This document shows positions 9,842 to 19,053 of a stretch of 64,000 nucleotides of DNA, piece by piece (within the stretch, counting starts at the first letter, position 1; the number at the start of each line of letters is the position of its first letter). The notes below the pieces were generated by a model that was not told where the DNA came from, ran no database searches, and was given only the letters and a program-made list of their open reading frames with translations. The translations under genes and the position numbers were made by a program. Origin of the DNA: Thermoanaerobaculia bacterium (GTDB lineage: Bacteria; Acidobacteriota; Thermoanaerobaculia; UBA5066; Gp7-AA6); contig JBBSEW010000005.1 in assembly GCA_038239305.1 (NCBI GenBank), forward strand, positions 4,795 through 68,794, written 5' to 3'.

Positions 9842-10108
9842 GTGCAGGCGCCTGTGGCCTCCCGATTGCTTTGTATGCCGGTAGTGAAGATCCAGCTCGC
9901 GTTCGCCGAATCCCAGGATCCGCTCCAAGAGCTCCTCGGCGGACGCCTGGCCCTGACAGAAGTCATCGAGGGCCGCCAGGAGTTTCTCGATGAGCTCGAC
10001 CGGCGGCTGCAGGCGATCACGCTCCCCCGGCGCATGGCTGACCTGGATGGGGACTCCACGCTGCCTCTCCACTTCCACCGGGATCCCGATCAGGGCGGCG
10101 CGAAGTGA
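9842..10108 (+). CDS. small hypothetical protein (88 aa; start may be the internal ATG ~9875)
   Basis: GC3 favours the + frame over the overlapping minus ORF 9830-10078; possible -35/-10 (TTGTCA ... TCTAAA) ~40 nt upstream. Confidence 0.4.
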   Translation: MQAPVASRLLCMPVVKIQLAFAESQDPLQELLGGRLALTEVIEGRQEFLDELDRRLQAITLPRRMADLDGDSTLPLHFHRDPDQGGAK

Positions 10109-10268
10109 CGCCGCTCATAGCGAGGCTTCTCACGGAGACCGGCTTCGCGACGTCTCCCGGCGCGTGGGCCCCCTTTCTTCTCCTGTTCGGGGTCGCGCTC
10201 GTGGTCCTCATCGTCATCGATGACGACGATCTCCCGGGGCCGCGTCTCTGTCGGGTGAAGGCGAACTG
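10105..10268 (+). CDS. small hydrophobic protein (~54 aa, GTG start overlapping the upstream stop as GTGA)
   Basis: GTG 10105 overlaps TGA 10106-10108; translation contains TM-like WAPFLLLFGVALVVLIVI followed by DDDD. Confidence 0.3.
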
Positions 10269-10478
10269 AGAAAAAGCCTTCGGCTCTCCCGCTCTCTCCG
10301 CTATCCGCTATCCCCTTCAGCCTCCCGCTCGAGCCCCGGGCGGATCCGGTTCTATCCCGCTCGCGAACTCGTGAGCGATCGATTGATGGATTCATCGAAA
10401 ATCGGGAAAGCCGACGATCGCGCGCGACGGACGGGACCCGGATATTGCGCGGCGCAGGGGCCGTGTCAGAATCCGCAC

Positions 10479-11558
10479 ATGGCCCGGGAAGGCGCGTTCA
10501 AAGATCGGCCGTTGTGGCGGCGGTTGCAGATCATCCACCACGCCATCAAGGAGCGGAAGTACCCGAACGCGTCCTCGCTCGCGACCGAGCTCGGCGTGTC
10601 GTCGAAGACCGTGCAGCGGGATCTCGACTATCTCCGCGACGAGCTCGAGGCGCCGATCGAATTCGACCGCCTCGAGAACGGATACCTCTATTCACGCGCC
10701 GACTACGTCCTGCCCTTTCTTCCCGTGGACGGAAAGGACCTTTTCTCGATCGGAGTCGCCGCTCAGTTTCTCGGCCTCTTCGGCGGAACCCCTCTCGGCC
10801 GCGATCTCAAGGCGTGCTACGCGAGACTCGCCCATCTCATGCCTCCCGCCGTGCGCCTGCGGCCCGAGATCGTGATGGAAAATCTCGCCGTCCGCGCGAC
10901 CGCGTTCCGGCCGGTGAATGAGGCCACGTGGGAAGCCGTATCCGAAGCGCTTCAGAGGGGCCTGTCGCTTTCGATCCGGTACCACCGGCCCGGCGAGCCG
11001 GCCGGCGACCCGCGCCTCGTGCGGCCATACGCGTTCGTTCTCTCGGGGCTCGATTGGATGGTTCTCGCGGAGGACCAGGCGGCCGGACAGGTCAAGCTCT
11101 TCTACCTCGCCCGGATCGAAGAAGCCGCGCTGACGAAGGAGCGATACACGATCCCCCGCGATTTCGACGCCTCGAAGTTCTTTCGCAACACCTTCGGGCT
11201 CTTCGTGGGGGATGCCCGGCCTTTTCAGCTGAGGGTCCGGTTCTCCGCGGCCGTCTCCGACGAGGTGCGCGAGCTCCGGTTTCATCCGGACCAGAAGATC
11301 GAATCCACTCCGGCCGGAGAGGCGATCCTGGAGATCCCGGCGCAGTCGATCAAGGAAGCCCGCCGCTTCGTCCTCGCCTGGGGCCGGGACGCCGTCGTCC
11401 TCGATCCTCCCGAGCTCATCGCCGATCTCCGGTCCGAGACCGGCGCCATGGCCGATGCTTATGGAGACGCGAGGACGAGCCGGGCTCGTCCACACTCGCC
11501 CGCGCCCTCCCGGACGCCCGGGAACGAGCCGCGCCGGGCCCGTCCGAAAACTTCGTGA
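10479..11558 (+). CDS. HTH-WYL-WCX transcriptional regulator (PafBC/BrxR/CapW/DriD-like architecture)
   Basis: N-terminal DeoR-like HTH (SLATELGVSSKTVQRDLDYLRDE); central WYL-like segment (PYAFVLSGLDWMVLAED ... KLFYLARI); C-terminal extension. Confidence 0.8.
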   Translation: MAREGAFKDRPLWRRLQIIHHAIKERKYPNASSLATELGVSSKTVQRDLDYLRDELEAPIEFDRLENGYLYSRADYVLPFLPVDGKDLFSIGVAAQFLGLFGGTPLGRDLKACYARLAHLMPPAVRLRPEIVMENLAVRATAFRPVNEATWEAVSEALQRGLSLSIRYHRPGEPAGDPRLVRPYAFVLSGLDWMVLAEDQAAGQVKLFYLARIEEAALTKERYTIPRDFDASKFFRNTFGLFVGDARPFQLRVRFSAAVSDEVRELRFHPDQKIESTPAGEAILEIPAQSIKEARRFVLAWGRDAVVLDPPELIADLRSETGAMADAYGDARTSRARPHSPAPSRTPGNEPRRARPKTS

Positions 11559-11575
11559 GAAGCTGGAGCGACACC

Positions 11576-12082
11576 ATGTTCAACCGATGCCGACCCCGAT
11601 CCCTCGCCTTCCTCGCCGTTGTGTCGATTTCCTTCGCGAGTCGCTGCACCGTCACCGTCAAGCCCGTGGTCGCGCTCGATCCGGAAGCCGCTTGCCCGGG
11701 TGGAATGCCGGAGTGGCGGCTCGAAATCGTCGACCAGCGCGCCGACGTCAACCACGCGAACAACGTCGAGGCGACCGTCCGCGGCTCGATTACGAAATCG
11801 CTTCCCGGCTGCAAATGGGTGACCGGGGCCGCTCCGAGCATCATGCTCGAGCTGCATCGCTTCACCGTTCGCAAGGAGGACAACTGGGAGGCCGCCGTGG
11901 AATGGAGCGTCCTGGCCCGCGACCGCGAGGGACGCACCCTGACGGAGTTCCAGGCGGAGTCCCAGGTATCCCGCCCGAACTATCGGAGCCAGGACAACGA
12001 GAAACTCGCGCTGCAACAGGCGCTGGACGAGGCGATGCGGCGAACGCTGACCGGACTGCGAGCGATTCCGCCGGTGCAGTGA
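11576..12082 (+). CDS. hypothetical lipoprotein/secreted protein (168 aa)
   Basis: Signal peptide with Cys (AVVSISFASRCTV); 18 nt after the WYL gene stop, same strand. Confidence 0.6.
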   Translation: MFNRCRPRSLAFLAVVSISFASRCTVTVKPVVALDPEAACPGGMPEWRLEIVDQRADVNHANNVEATVRGSITKSLPGCKWVTGAAPSIMLELHRFTVRKEDNWEAAVEWSVLARDREGRTLTEFQAESQVSRPNYRSQDNEKLALQQALDEAMRRTLTGLRAIPPVQ

Positions 12083-12274
12083 CGTCCCAGGGCGGGCTCG
12101 CGATCGAAGAACGACCTCATCGGACGACAATCGCCCCTTTCCGCAGACAGCGAGACGCCTTGGCGCGTTGCAGTAACTGCCATGATCCCAACGTGTTGAG
12201 CGTTTGAAAGCCGGCCGCGGACGGCCCGGAGCCATGGAACGGATTTCGCAGCCCCGACCAGCCGGAGGACATCC

Positions 12275-12832
12275 ATGACACGACGCCACTTTTCGATCTC
12301 CCTCGCCGTCGCGGCCGGAGTCCTGGCCGCTTCGGTCGCGGCGTCGGGAGCGACCGCCAACGCGGCCTTCGATCTCGCCACGATCCTCTCGGGCACGTTT
12401 TCCGGTTCGACGCCAGGCAACGAGCTTCGTCTCGACCTGCGGCCGGTTCCGACGGGCTCCCGCCACCCGTACGATCTGTTTCTGGAAGTCGCCGGCAAGT
12501 TCCAGGGGGAGAACGTACGGCGGCAGGGTCTCATCCGACTCGAGCAGCAGGGGCGCGATGTCTACGTCGGATACGTACCCCATTTCGACGCGACCGTGAC
12601 GTCGATGTCGCCGAACGCGACCCAGTTCACGGACTCCGAGGCCAACGCCGCGTGCGGATTCCATCTTTCTCCCCAGGGCGATGGGTTTGCGGGCGAGACG
12701 TCCGGTTCGAGCTGCGCTTTCGCGCTGCACGGCTCCGCGGGCAAGTGGTCCATCGAGCTCGAGCCGGGTGGAATGCGCCTGCGCAACACAGAATCGGGCG
12801 AGACGCTGAGGTTTAAACGGAAGAGTGAATGA
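12275..12832 (+). CDS. secreted hypothetical protein (185 aa)
   Basis: GGAGGA SD 6 nt before ATG 12275; signal peptide MTRRHFSISLAVAAGVLAASVAASGA. Confidence 0.65.
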   Translation: MTRRHFSISLAVAAGVLAASVAASGATANAAFDLATILSGTFSGSTPGNELRLDLRPVPTGSRHPYDLFLEVAGKFQGENVRRQGLIRLEQQGRDVYVGYVPHFDATVTSMSPNATQFTDSEANAACGFHLSPQGDGFAGETSGSSCAFALHGSAGKWSIELEPGGMRLRNTESGETLRFKRKSE

Positions 12833-12848
12833 GCGGGGAGCGGAAGGG

Positions 12849-12910
12849 TCAGCTATCAGCTATCAGCTATCAGCTATCAGCTATCAGCTATCAGTTATCA
12901 GTCATCAGCA
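12849..12910. repeat. tandem heptamer array TCAGCTA x6 plus 2-3 degenerate copies
   Basis: tcagctatcagctatcagctatcagctatcagctatcagttatcagtcatcagca starting 17 nt after the stop at 12832. Confidence 0.85.
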
Positions 12911-13049
12911 GGAACGGCGGAACCCGGTTATGAATCTTGGGTTTTGGTTTTGGTTCTCAGCCTCGAGTCTGGAGGTTTGTTTTTGAGATGGGAATCTGAG
13001 TTCGAGAGGTAAATCCCGAGCTCGGAATTCGCGATTCAGAACTCGTCTC

Positions 13050-13119
13050 CCGTATCCCATTTCCCGTTTCCCGTTTCCCGTTTACCGTTTACCGTTTCCC
13101 GTTTCCCGTTTCCCGATCC
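13050..13119. repeat. tandem heptamer array CCGTTTC/CCGTTTA x ~10
   Basis: ccgtttcccgtttcccgtttaccgtttaccgtttcccgtttcccgtttcc ending ~12 nt before the minus-strand gene stop at 13131. Confidence 0.85.
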
Positions 13120-13130
13120 GGTAACCCCGT

Positions 13131-13997
13131 TCATGTTCTCTCCGGCGGCAGAAATCCCCGCACGATCTCCTTGACGGGATTCGAGAACTCGCCCTTGATG
13201 ATCCAACGCAGGAAGCCGGGCTCTTCGCGGCCCATGTCCTTCAGCGTGCGGCCGCGGTTTCGGCCAAAGTTGACCGTCGGCTCTCCGTGGATCAGGCGGA
13301 TGCGTCCTTCGGGATCCATGTCGCGGTCGAGCCCCGCGCAGTAGAGCTCATGGAGCTCCTCGACGGAGCGAGGCATCGACTCATACCGCTGGAGCTGTCC
13401 CTCGAGGACCCGGAGCGTCATCTCCGCGTCGGCCAGGGCGCCGTGCGCGCCGGCGTGCTCCGACTGGCAGTAGAAGCGCGCCGCCGCCGAAAGATGCCGC
13501 GGCTCGTGCGCGAAGAAGATCCGCTGGGCATCGACCAGGCGGCGCGTCGATACGTCGAAGTCGATGCCCGCGCGGAGGAATTCGACGCGGAGCACGGGCA
13601 GGTCGAAACCGGCGATGTTGTAGCCCGCGAGATCGCATCCCTCGAGAAACGCGGCGAGCTCGTGCGCCACCTCGATGAAACCGTCCATCCCCTCGACGTC
13701 GCAATCCCGGATCCCATGAATCGCCGTTGAGCCCGGCGGTATCGGCATCCGGGGATTCAGTCGGCGGATCCAGCTTTCCCGTGTCCCGTCGGGATTCACC
13801 TTCAGGCAGGCGATCTCGACGATCCGGTCGGTTCGTGAATTCGTACCGGTCGTCTCCGTATCGAAAACGACGACGGGCCGGTCCAGGCGAAGCAGTTTTT
13901 CGAGCACTCCTGCGATCGTAACCGATTGCTCGGACAGACGATGTCGCACCTCCTGGCCCGTCTCTTGCTCCTCCATACAAGGGAAGCGGATCGCCAT
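13131..13997 (-). CDS. DEDDh 3'-5' exonuclease (DnaQ/RNase T-like)
   Basis: Exo motifs VVFDTETTG, IAGFDLPVL, HGALADAEM; start ambiguous between 13976, 13997 and 14168. Confidence 0.8.
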   Translation of the reverse strand: MAIRFPCMEEQETGQEVRHRLSEQSVTIAGVLEKLLRLDRPVVVFDTETTGTNSRTDRIVEIACLKVNPDGTRESWIRRLNPRMPIPPGSTAIHGIRDCDVEGMDGFIEVAHELAAFLEGCDLAGYNIAGFDLPVLRVEFLRAGIDFDVSTRRLVDAQRIFFAHEPRHLSAAARFYCQSEHAGAHGALADAEMTLRVLEGQLQRYESMPRSVEELHELYCAGLDRDMDPEGRIRLIHGEPTVNFGRNRGRTLKDMGREEPGFLRWIIKGEFSNPVKEIVRGFLPPERT

Positions 13998-14376
13998 GAA
14001 GGGATTGGAAATGGCCGTCAAGCTCGACACATGCCAGGTCGCCGCCGTCCGGGTCGACACACCCTGGACGAAACGGGGCGGGGTCGTCGCCTGCGTCGCC
14101 AGCCTGACGCGCCGCCTCTCGCGCCAGGAGTCTCGAGGAATGGCGCGCTTTCCCGAATTCTCCGTCACGGGCGACCGCGTCGCCTACGAGTGCCGCCCGT
14201 CGGAATCCGAAGCCTTCGAGAAGAGGTTGTCCGCCGTCCTCCGATCCCTGCACGATCCCGATCCGGGAAATACGGAAGGCGAGCTGCCCCTCGTCCGGGA
14301 CGGAGAGCTCATCCGGGACGGAGAGGGTGAAGAGGGGAAAGGGGAGAGAAACCGGCGGTCGAGCCGGCGAACCTGA
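13996..14376 (+). CDS. possible small divergent ORF (126 aa) sharing third codon positions with the exonuclease N-terminal extension
   Basis: Protein-like composition compared with the R/T/S-rich antisense alternative; no homology recognised. Confidence 0.25.
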   Translation: MKGLEMAVKLDTCQVAAVRVDTPWTKRGGVVACVASLTRRLSRQESRGMARFPEFSVTGDRVAYECRPSESEAFEKRLSAVLRSLHDPDPGNTEGELPLVRDGELIRDGEGEEGKGERNRRSSRRT

Positions 14377-14410
14377 CGGAGACGGAGAATCGTTCAATCA
14401 GGAGTTCTCG

Positions 14411-14446
14411 CAGAAGAGTCAGAAGAGCCAGAAGAACCAGAAGAGT
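14411..14446. repeat. tandem 9-mer array CAGAAGAGN x4
   Basis: cagaagagtcagaagagccagaagaaccagaagagt directly abutting the stop of the minus-strand PLD gene. Confidence 0.7.
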
Positions 14447-14455
14447 CCGAAAGAG

Positions 14456-15715
14456 TCAGTAGTTCTCGCTGAAAAGCCAGAAGAACAGCTCACCGAACCG
14501 CGCCAGCAGGCCTCGTTTTTTCCACTTCTCCTTCGTGAACCTCTCGCTCCGCGCCAGATCGCGGTCCACCATCCGCTCCACCCTTTCGGCAAACCGTCGG
14601 TCGTAGACGGACACGCTCGCCTCGCCGTTCTTCTTCATCGAACGGTTCACGAAGTTGATCGATCCGACGGACGACCAGATTCCGTCGACGACCATGACCT
14701 TGTTGTGCATCATCGTCGGAAGAAACTCATAGATCTCGACGCCGCCATCGAGCAGCTCCCCGTAGTGGAACCGGGAGGCATTTCGTACGTTCGGGCTGTC
14801 GATGTACTTGCCGGGCACGATCACGCGCACGTCGACTCCTCTCGCCGCCGCCTGCACGAGCGCCTGGCGGATCTGACGGTCGGGCACGAAGTAGGCATTT
14901 TCGATCCAGATCCGCCGCCGGGCGGCCTGTATCGCCATGTAGTACTGCAGCTTCGCCATCGAGCTCTGATCGGTGCGGGAGCTCGAGATCGCCTGCGCCA
15001 GCATGTCTCCCGCGGATTCGATCGTCGGGAACTGCGCCGGGCCGTGCAGCACCTCCCCGGTCGTATGGAGCCAGTCCTCGAAGAAGACGTGCTGGAGCTG
15101 CGCCACCATGGGCCCTTCGATCCGCACCATCGTCTCCCGCCACTCGGACGGGTCGCGGGCGTCCCCTTTCCAACGATCATCGACTCCCACGCCGCCGCAG
15201 AATCCGATCTTCCCGTCGATCGTGAAGATGCGCCGGTGTGTCCGGTTGCCGACGCGGTACAGAGAATAGACGCGAAGGGGCTTGTAGATCTCGACCTTGA
15301 CGCCGGCCGCCGCCATCTCATCCTGGAGATCTCCGAGGTTCGACCCGAAACCGTCCACGAGCACCCTCACTTCGACCCCCGCTCGCGCTTTCTCCGCGAG
15401 CACGCGCGCCATGCGGGTGGCGATCGTCCCGTGGTCGAAGATGTACACCTCGATGTTGATCGAGAATCGCGCCTCCCGGAAAGCGGCCGTGAGGGATTCG
15501 AAGATCGCGTCGCCGTTTTCGATCAGGTCGGCCCGGTTGTGAGCGACCATCTCGGTTCCGAACGCGTCGAGCGAGCGCCGGAACTCCGGGCTATCCACCC
15601 CGTACGAGGGCTCGTACTGGTAGACAGTGCGCTTTTCCGAGAAAATATAGGAACAGCCGGAAACCGGCAAAAGGAGCAGCCCGCCGACGATCGCGCGAGA
15701 GAGAAGGCGTTTCAT
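14456..15715 (-). CDS. PLD-family lipoprotein, cardiolipin-synthase-like (two HKD motifs)
   Basis: HRRIFTIDGKIGFCGGVGVDDRW and HNKVMVVDGIWSSVGSINFVNRS; lipoprotein-type signal LLLLPVSGC; start moved to MKRLL at 15715, because the upstream ORF part is shadow. Confidence 0.85.
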   Translation of the reverse strand: MKRLLSRAIVGGLLLLPVSGCSYIFSEKRTVYQYEPSYGVDSPEFRRSLDAFGTEMVAHNRADLIENGDAIFESLTAAFREARFSINIEVYIFDHGTIATRMARVLAEKARAGVEVRVLVDGFGSNLGDLQDEMAAAGVKVEIYKPLRVYSLYRVGNRTHRRIFTIDGKIGFCGGVGVDDRWKGDARDPSEWRETMVRIEGPMVAQLQHVFFEDWLHTTGEVLHGPAQFPTIESAGDMLAQAISSSRTDQSSMAKLQYYMAIQAARRRIWIENAYFVPDRQIRQALVQAAARGVDVRVIVPGKYIDSPNVRNASRFHYGELLDGGVEIYEFLPTMMHNKVMVVDGIWSSVGSINFVNRSMKKNGEASVSVYDRRFAERVERMVDRDLARSERFTKEKWKKRGLLARFGELFFWLFSENY

Positions 15716-15793
15716 CGTCTCTTCCGCGAAAAAACGCCGCGGCGGCGAAAACGATTGGTCGCGTCCGGGAACCGCTTCGCGTAGGCTCGTCCG

Positions 15794-17110
15794 ATGTTCC
15801 GAAAGCTCCCGCGACGTCCTCGCAAGCCGAAAGTCTATCGAATCCCCGTCGAGACGTATCTCATCGCGCTGGCCATCGCGTTCGCGCTCTCGGTGGCCCT
15901 CTCCTTCCTGTCGAAGCCGAAAGAGATCCGCTACCGGCTTCCGCACGTGTTCTCGGTCGACGACCCGACCTTTCTTCCCTCCGCCCACGCTCTGATGAGC
16001 GCATCCACGATTCCCGGCAATCGGGTGCAGGTTCTGGTGAACGGCGACGAAATCTTCCCCGCGATGCTTTCCGCCATCCGCGGCGCTCAGCGAACCATCA
16101 ATCTCGAGTGCTACATCTTCTGGTCGGGCAAGATTGGTTCGGCATTCCGCGACGCGCTCGTCGAGAGAGCTCGCCACGGCGTGGCGGTCCGGCTGCTCGT
16201 CGACGCGGTGGGCTCGAAGAGTCATCTTCTCGACTCCGATATCGACGTGATGCGAAGAGGCGGCGTGACCGTCGACCTCTTCCATCCGCTGCGTCCATGG
16301 ATGCTCGATTCGATAAACAACCGAACTCATCGGCGCATCCTCGTCGTCGACGGTCGAATCGGCTTGACTGGCGGCGTCGGAATCGCAGACTCATGGCTCG
16401 GCAACGCCCAATCGCAGGCGAACTGGAGAGAGACCTGCGTGCAGGTGGAGGGACCCGTTGTGGCCCAGCTCCAGTCGGCCTTTCTCGACAACTGGGCGGA
16501 GGTTCGCGGCGAGGCGCTCCTGGGCGACGCTTTTTATCCGAAGCTGGAGATGGCCGGCAGCGTCCGATGCCAGGTGATCGACTCGACGGCCCGTGCGCCG
16601 AGCTCCGCCACCAAGCTGCTCTACGCGGTTTCCATCGCCTCCGCCCGGAGCCGGATCCTTCTTTCGAACTCGTACTTTCTCCCGGACGCGGAAACGAGCG
16701 CCGCGCTCGTCGACGCCGCGCAGCGAGGCGTGAATGTCGAGGTAATCGTTCCGGGAAAAGTCAACGACGTGCCCGCGACCAAGGCCGGCGGCCGGTCATC
16801 CTTCGGGGCGCTGCTCAGGGGCGGAGTAAAGATCTTCGAATTCCAGCCGACGATGTTCCACCCGAAAACGATGGTCGTCGATGGCATCTTCTCGACCGTC
16901 GGTTCCACGAACTTCGACAACCGCTCATTCCGACTGAACGACGAGATCAACCTCACGATGGCGGATCCCGCGATCGGGCACCGGATGGAAGAGCTCTTCC
17001 GCCTCGACGTGGCGCGGTCCCGCCCCTACACGTACCAGGACTACCGGAGGCGGTCCCTCAAGGATCGCGTTTTCGAGTGGGCCGTGATGCCCATTCGCTC
17101 CGAGCTGTAA
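15794..17110 (+). CDS. PLD-family protein, cardiolipin-synthase-like (two HKD motifs), N-terminal TM anchor
   Basis: HRRILVVDGRIGLTGGVGIADSW and HPKTMVVDGIFSTVGSTNFDNRS; divergent from its paralog 78 bp away. Confidence 0.85.
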   Translation: MFRKLPRRPRKPKVYRIPVETYLIALAIAFALSVALSFLSKPKEIRYRLPHVFSVDDPTFLPSAHALMSASTIPGNRVQVLVNGDEIFPAMLSAIRGAQRTINLECYIFWSGKIGSAFRDALVERARHGVAVRLLVDAVGSKSHLLDSDIDVMRRGGVTVDLFHPLRPWMLDSINNRTHRRILVVDGRIGLTGGVGIADSWLGNAQSQANWRETCVQVEGPVVAQLQSAFLDNWAEVRGEALLGDAFYPKLEMAGSVRCQVIDSTARAPSSATKLLYAVSIASARSRILLSNSYFLPDAETSAALVDAAQRGVNVEVIVPGKVNDVPATKAGGRSSFGALLRGGVKIFEFQPTMFHPKTMVVDGIFSTVGSTNFDNRSFRLNDEINLTMADPAIGHRMEELFRLDVARSRPYTYQDYRRRSLKDRVFEWAVMPIRSEL

Positions 17111-17321
17111 ACAGAGCCGGCCTCCCGCGTCGCAGTCTGACAAATCTTACAAAGCTCGTAACAATCCGCGCGGAATGGTGACAACGATCGTCACCAGCGC
17201 CGCCCGCCGAATCGCTTAAACAGCTGAAAAGGAATGACTTGCCGGTCTGTCGGAACGTGGCCGAGCGCTTGCAATTCACAAGAGCGAGGAAACAAAAACC
17301 TCACCTCCTCCTTTCGCCCCC

Positions 17322-17357
17322 CGGGCGGCCCCACCCCGACCCGGGGATTTTTTTATC
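17322..17357 (+). terminator. rho-independent-terminator-like hairpin with U-tract, far from any stop codon
   Basis: ccccggg-cggccccaccccgac-ccgggg followed by attttttta; ~210 nt downstream of the PLD stop. Confidence 0.5.
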
Positions 17358-17426
17358 TTGAGATCGATCGATGGCGCCGGTAGGCACCCTCGACCACTCG
17401 GTCGGAATGGCGCTCCAGAGGAAATC

Positions 17427-17596
17427 TCATGATCTCGCGATCAATCGAACTATCGAATTATCGAATTATCGAATTATCGAATTATCGGGAATCGGAAGCC
17501 CGCACCGGACAGAAACCGCCCGCGCCGATCGACGAGCCCTTCGGACTCCCCCGATCTCCACTTGACCCGATAGAACGATTGATCGCGAGATCATGA
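17427..17596. repeat. perfect 21-bp inverted repeat (TCATGATCTCGCGATCAATCG) enclosing a ~128 bp spacer with an ATCGAATT x5 tandem octamer array
   Basis: Left arm 17427-17447; right arm 17576-17596 is the exact reverse complement; arms extend imperfectly to ~35 bp; ~75 nt upstream of glk. Confidence 0.75.
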
Positions 17597-17671
17597 GATC
17601 GCGAGATTCGGACTTCCGCTATCAAGGTCCTTTCTGGAATCGAAACTCATCTGATCTGCTAATTTGCGCCC

Positions 17672-18673
17672 ATGCGCGTTCTCGCGGGCGACATCGGCGG
17701 CACGAAGACCGCCGTCGCCATCTACGAGGTCGGGGCGCGGAGACTCACCCTGGAGCGGGCGGGACGCTACCCGAGCGGCCGCTACAGCTGCCTCGAGGCC
17801 ATCCTCGAAGACTTCCTGGCGAAGGAGCGGAGAGTTCCTCGATTTGCGGCGTTCGGCGTCGCCGGACCGGTCGTCGCCGGGCAGGCCAAGATTACGAAAC
17901 TGCCCTGGACGATCGACGCGAAGCGGGTCGGGCGGTCGATCGGAATCGGACCGGTGCGGCTCGAAAACGATTTCGTCGCCGCCGCCTACGGCATCCCCTA
18001 TCTGACCCCGCGGCAGCTCGCCGTCGTCGCCCGCGGAGAGCCGGAAGCCGGCGGTCCCATGGCGCTGATCGGAGCCGGGACCGGTCTCGGCCAGGCCGTG
18101 CTCTGGCGGTCGGGAGGCCGCGTCGAGGCCCTGGCATCCCAGGGCGGCCACGCGGACTTCGGTCCGAGGAACCCGGCGGAGGATCGCCTCGTCCGGTTCG
18201 TGCGAGCGCGCTTCGGACGGGTGAGTCGCGACCGGCTGCTCTCCGGGGAGGGGCTGGCGCACATCTACGATTTCCTCGAATCCGACGGAGCCGCCCGCAC
18301 GACGGCCGCCGTTGCCCGCGCATTTGCCGGGGAGGATCGGGGCGCCGTCATCGGGCGCCTGGGGCTCGCGGGACGCGACAGGCTCTGCACGCGCGCCCTC
18401 CAGATGTTCGTCGGGATCTACGGCTCCGAGGCCGGAAATCTCGCGCTCCAGTATCGCGCGACCGGCGGCGTCTTCGTCGGAGGTGGGATCGCCGCCCGCA
18501 TCCTGCCGGCGCTCCGCTCGCCCGCCTTTCTCGACTCCTTCTCCCGCAAGCCGCCGATGGAGGAGCTGCTCGCGCGGATTCCCGTGCGGATCGTCCGGGA
18601 GCCGCGACTCGGCCTCATCGGAGCCGCGGCCGCCGCCTACTGGATGGCGACGGAGATCACCCGGTTGTCCTGA
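17672..18673 (+). CDS. glk: glucokinase
   Basis: MRVLAGDIGGTKTAVAIY N-terminus; Glk family length and motifs. Confidence 0.9.
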   Translation: MRVLAGDIGGTKTAVAIYEVGARRLTLERAGRYPSGRYSCLEAILEDFLAKERRVPRFAAFGVAGPVVAGQAKITKLPWTIDAKRVGRSIGIGPVRLENDFVAAAYGIPYLTPRQLAVVARGEPEAGGPMALIGAGTGLGQAVLWRSGGRVEALASQGGHADFGPRNPAEDRLVRFVRARFGRVSRDRLLSGEGLAHIYDFLESDGAARTTAAVARAFAGEDRGAVIGRLGLAGRDRLCTRALQMFVGIYGSEAGNLALQYRATGGVFVGGGIAARILPALRSPAFLDSFSRKPPMEELLARIPVRIVREPRLGLIGAAAAAYWMATEITRLS

Positions 18674-19053
18674 AGGACGAGGATTCGGCGGATCTTCGGA
18701 TAAGTCCATCGGACCCGCCGCTGTCCGTCCTCCCGGAAGTCCGTCGTGCTGTCCGGGTTGCCGAGCAGCTGGCGGACATCGGCCGCCGACATCCCCTCCT
18801 TCAGCGTCACCAGTCGGACGTTCTGCTCGTCGGTGACAGGGGCCGCTTCGTCGACGACACGGTTGTGCTCGGACTCCCCGACCGCCGCCTTGGACTCGAG
18901 AAGCGGGTTCGTCAGGCGATCGACGAATCCTGTGACGGTCGCGTGCTCGCGAATCAGCCAGAAGACGAGAGCGGCGGCGATCAGAAGCAGGAGCAGGCGC
19001 CGCACGCTCACGACTCCGACCGCGAAAAAGGTGCGCTCAGGCGCGAGGGGCAA
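18637..19053 (-). CDS. membrane-anchored protein with BamE/SmpA-OmlA-like C-terminal domain
   Basis: TM anchor RRLLLLLIAAALVFWLI; C-terminal LKEGMSAADVRQLLGNPD resembles the SmpA_OmlA fold; 37-nt convergent overlap with glk. Confidence 0.5.
   Translation of the reverse strand: MPLAPERTFFAVGVVSVRRLLLLLIAAALVFWLIREHATVTGFVDRLTNPLLESKAAVGESEHNRVVDEAAPVTDEQNVRLVTLKEGMSAADVRQLLGNPDSTTDFREDGQRRVRWTYPKIRRILVLQDNRVISVAIQ

Noticed and set aside
9830-10078. 82-aa minus ORF overlapping 9842-10108
   Set aside because: Codon third-position GC favours the plus-strand frame.
7378-12730. Long minus-strand ORFs 7378-8556, 8456-9370 and 11459-12730
   Set aside because: Antisense to well-supported plus-strand genes. 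They have no SD and no motifs.
12849-13119. Tandem repeat arrays as CRISPR
   Set aside because: The units are 7 nt with no spacers and no cas genes, so this is not a CRISPR.
14327-15784. 485-aa plus-strand ORF
   Set aside because: Antisense shadow of the PLD gene (R-rich, no motifs). It translates the 9-mer repeat as QKSQKSQKNQKS.
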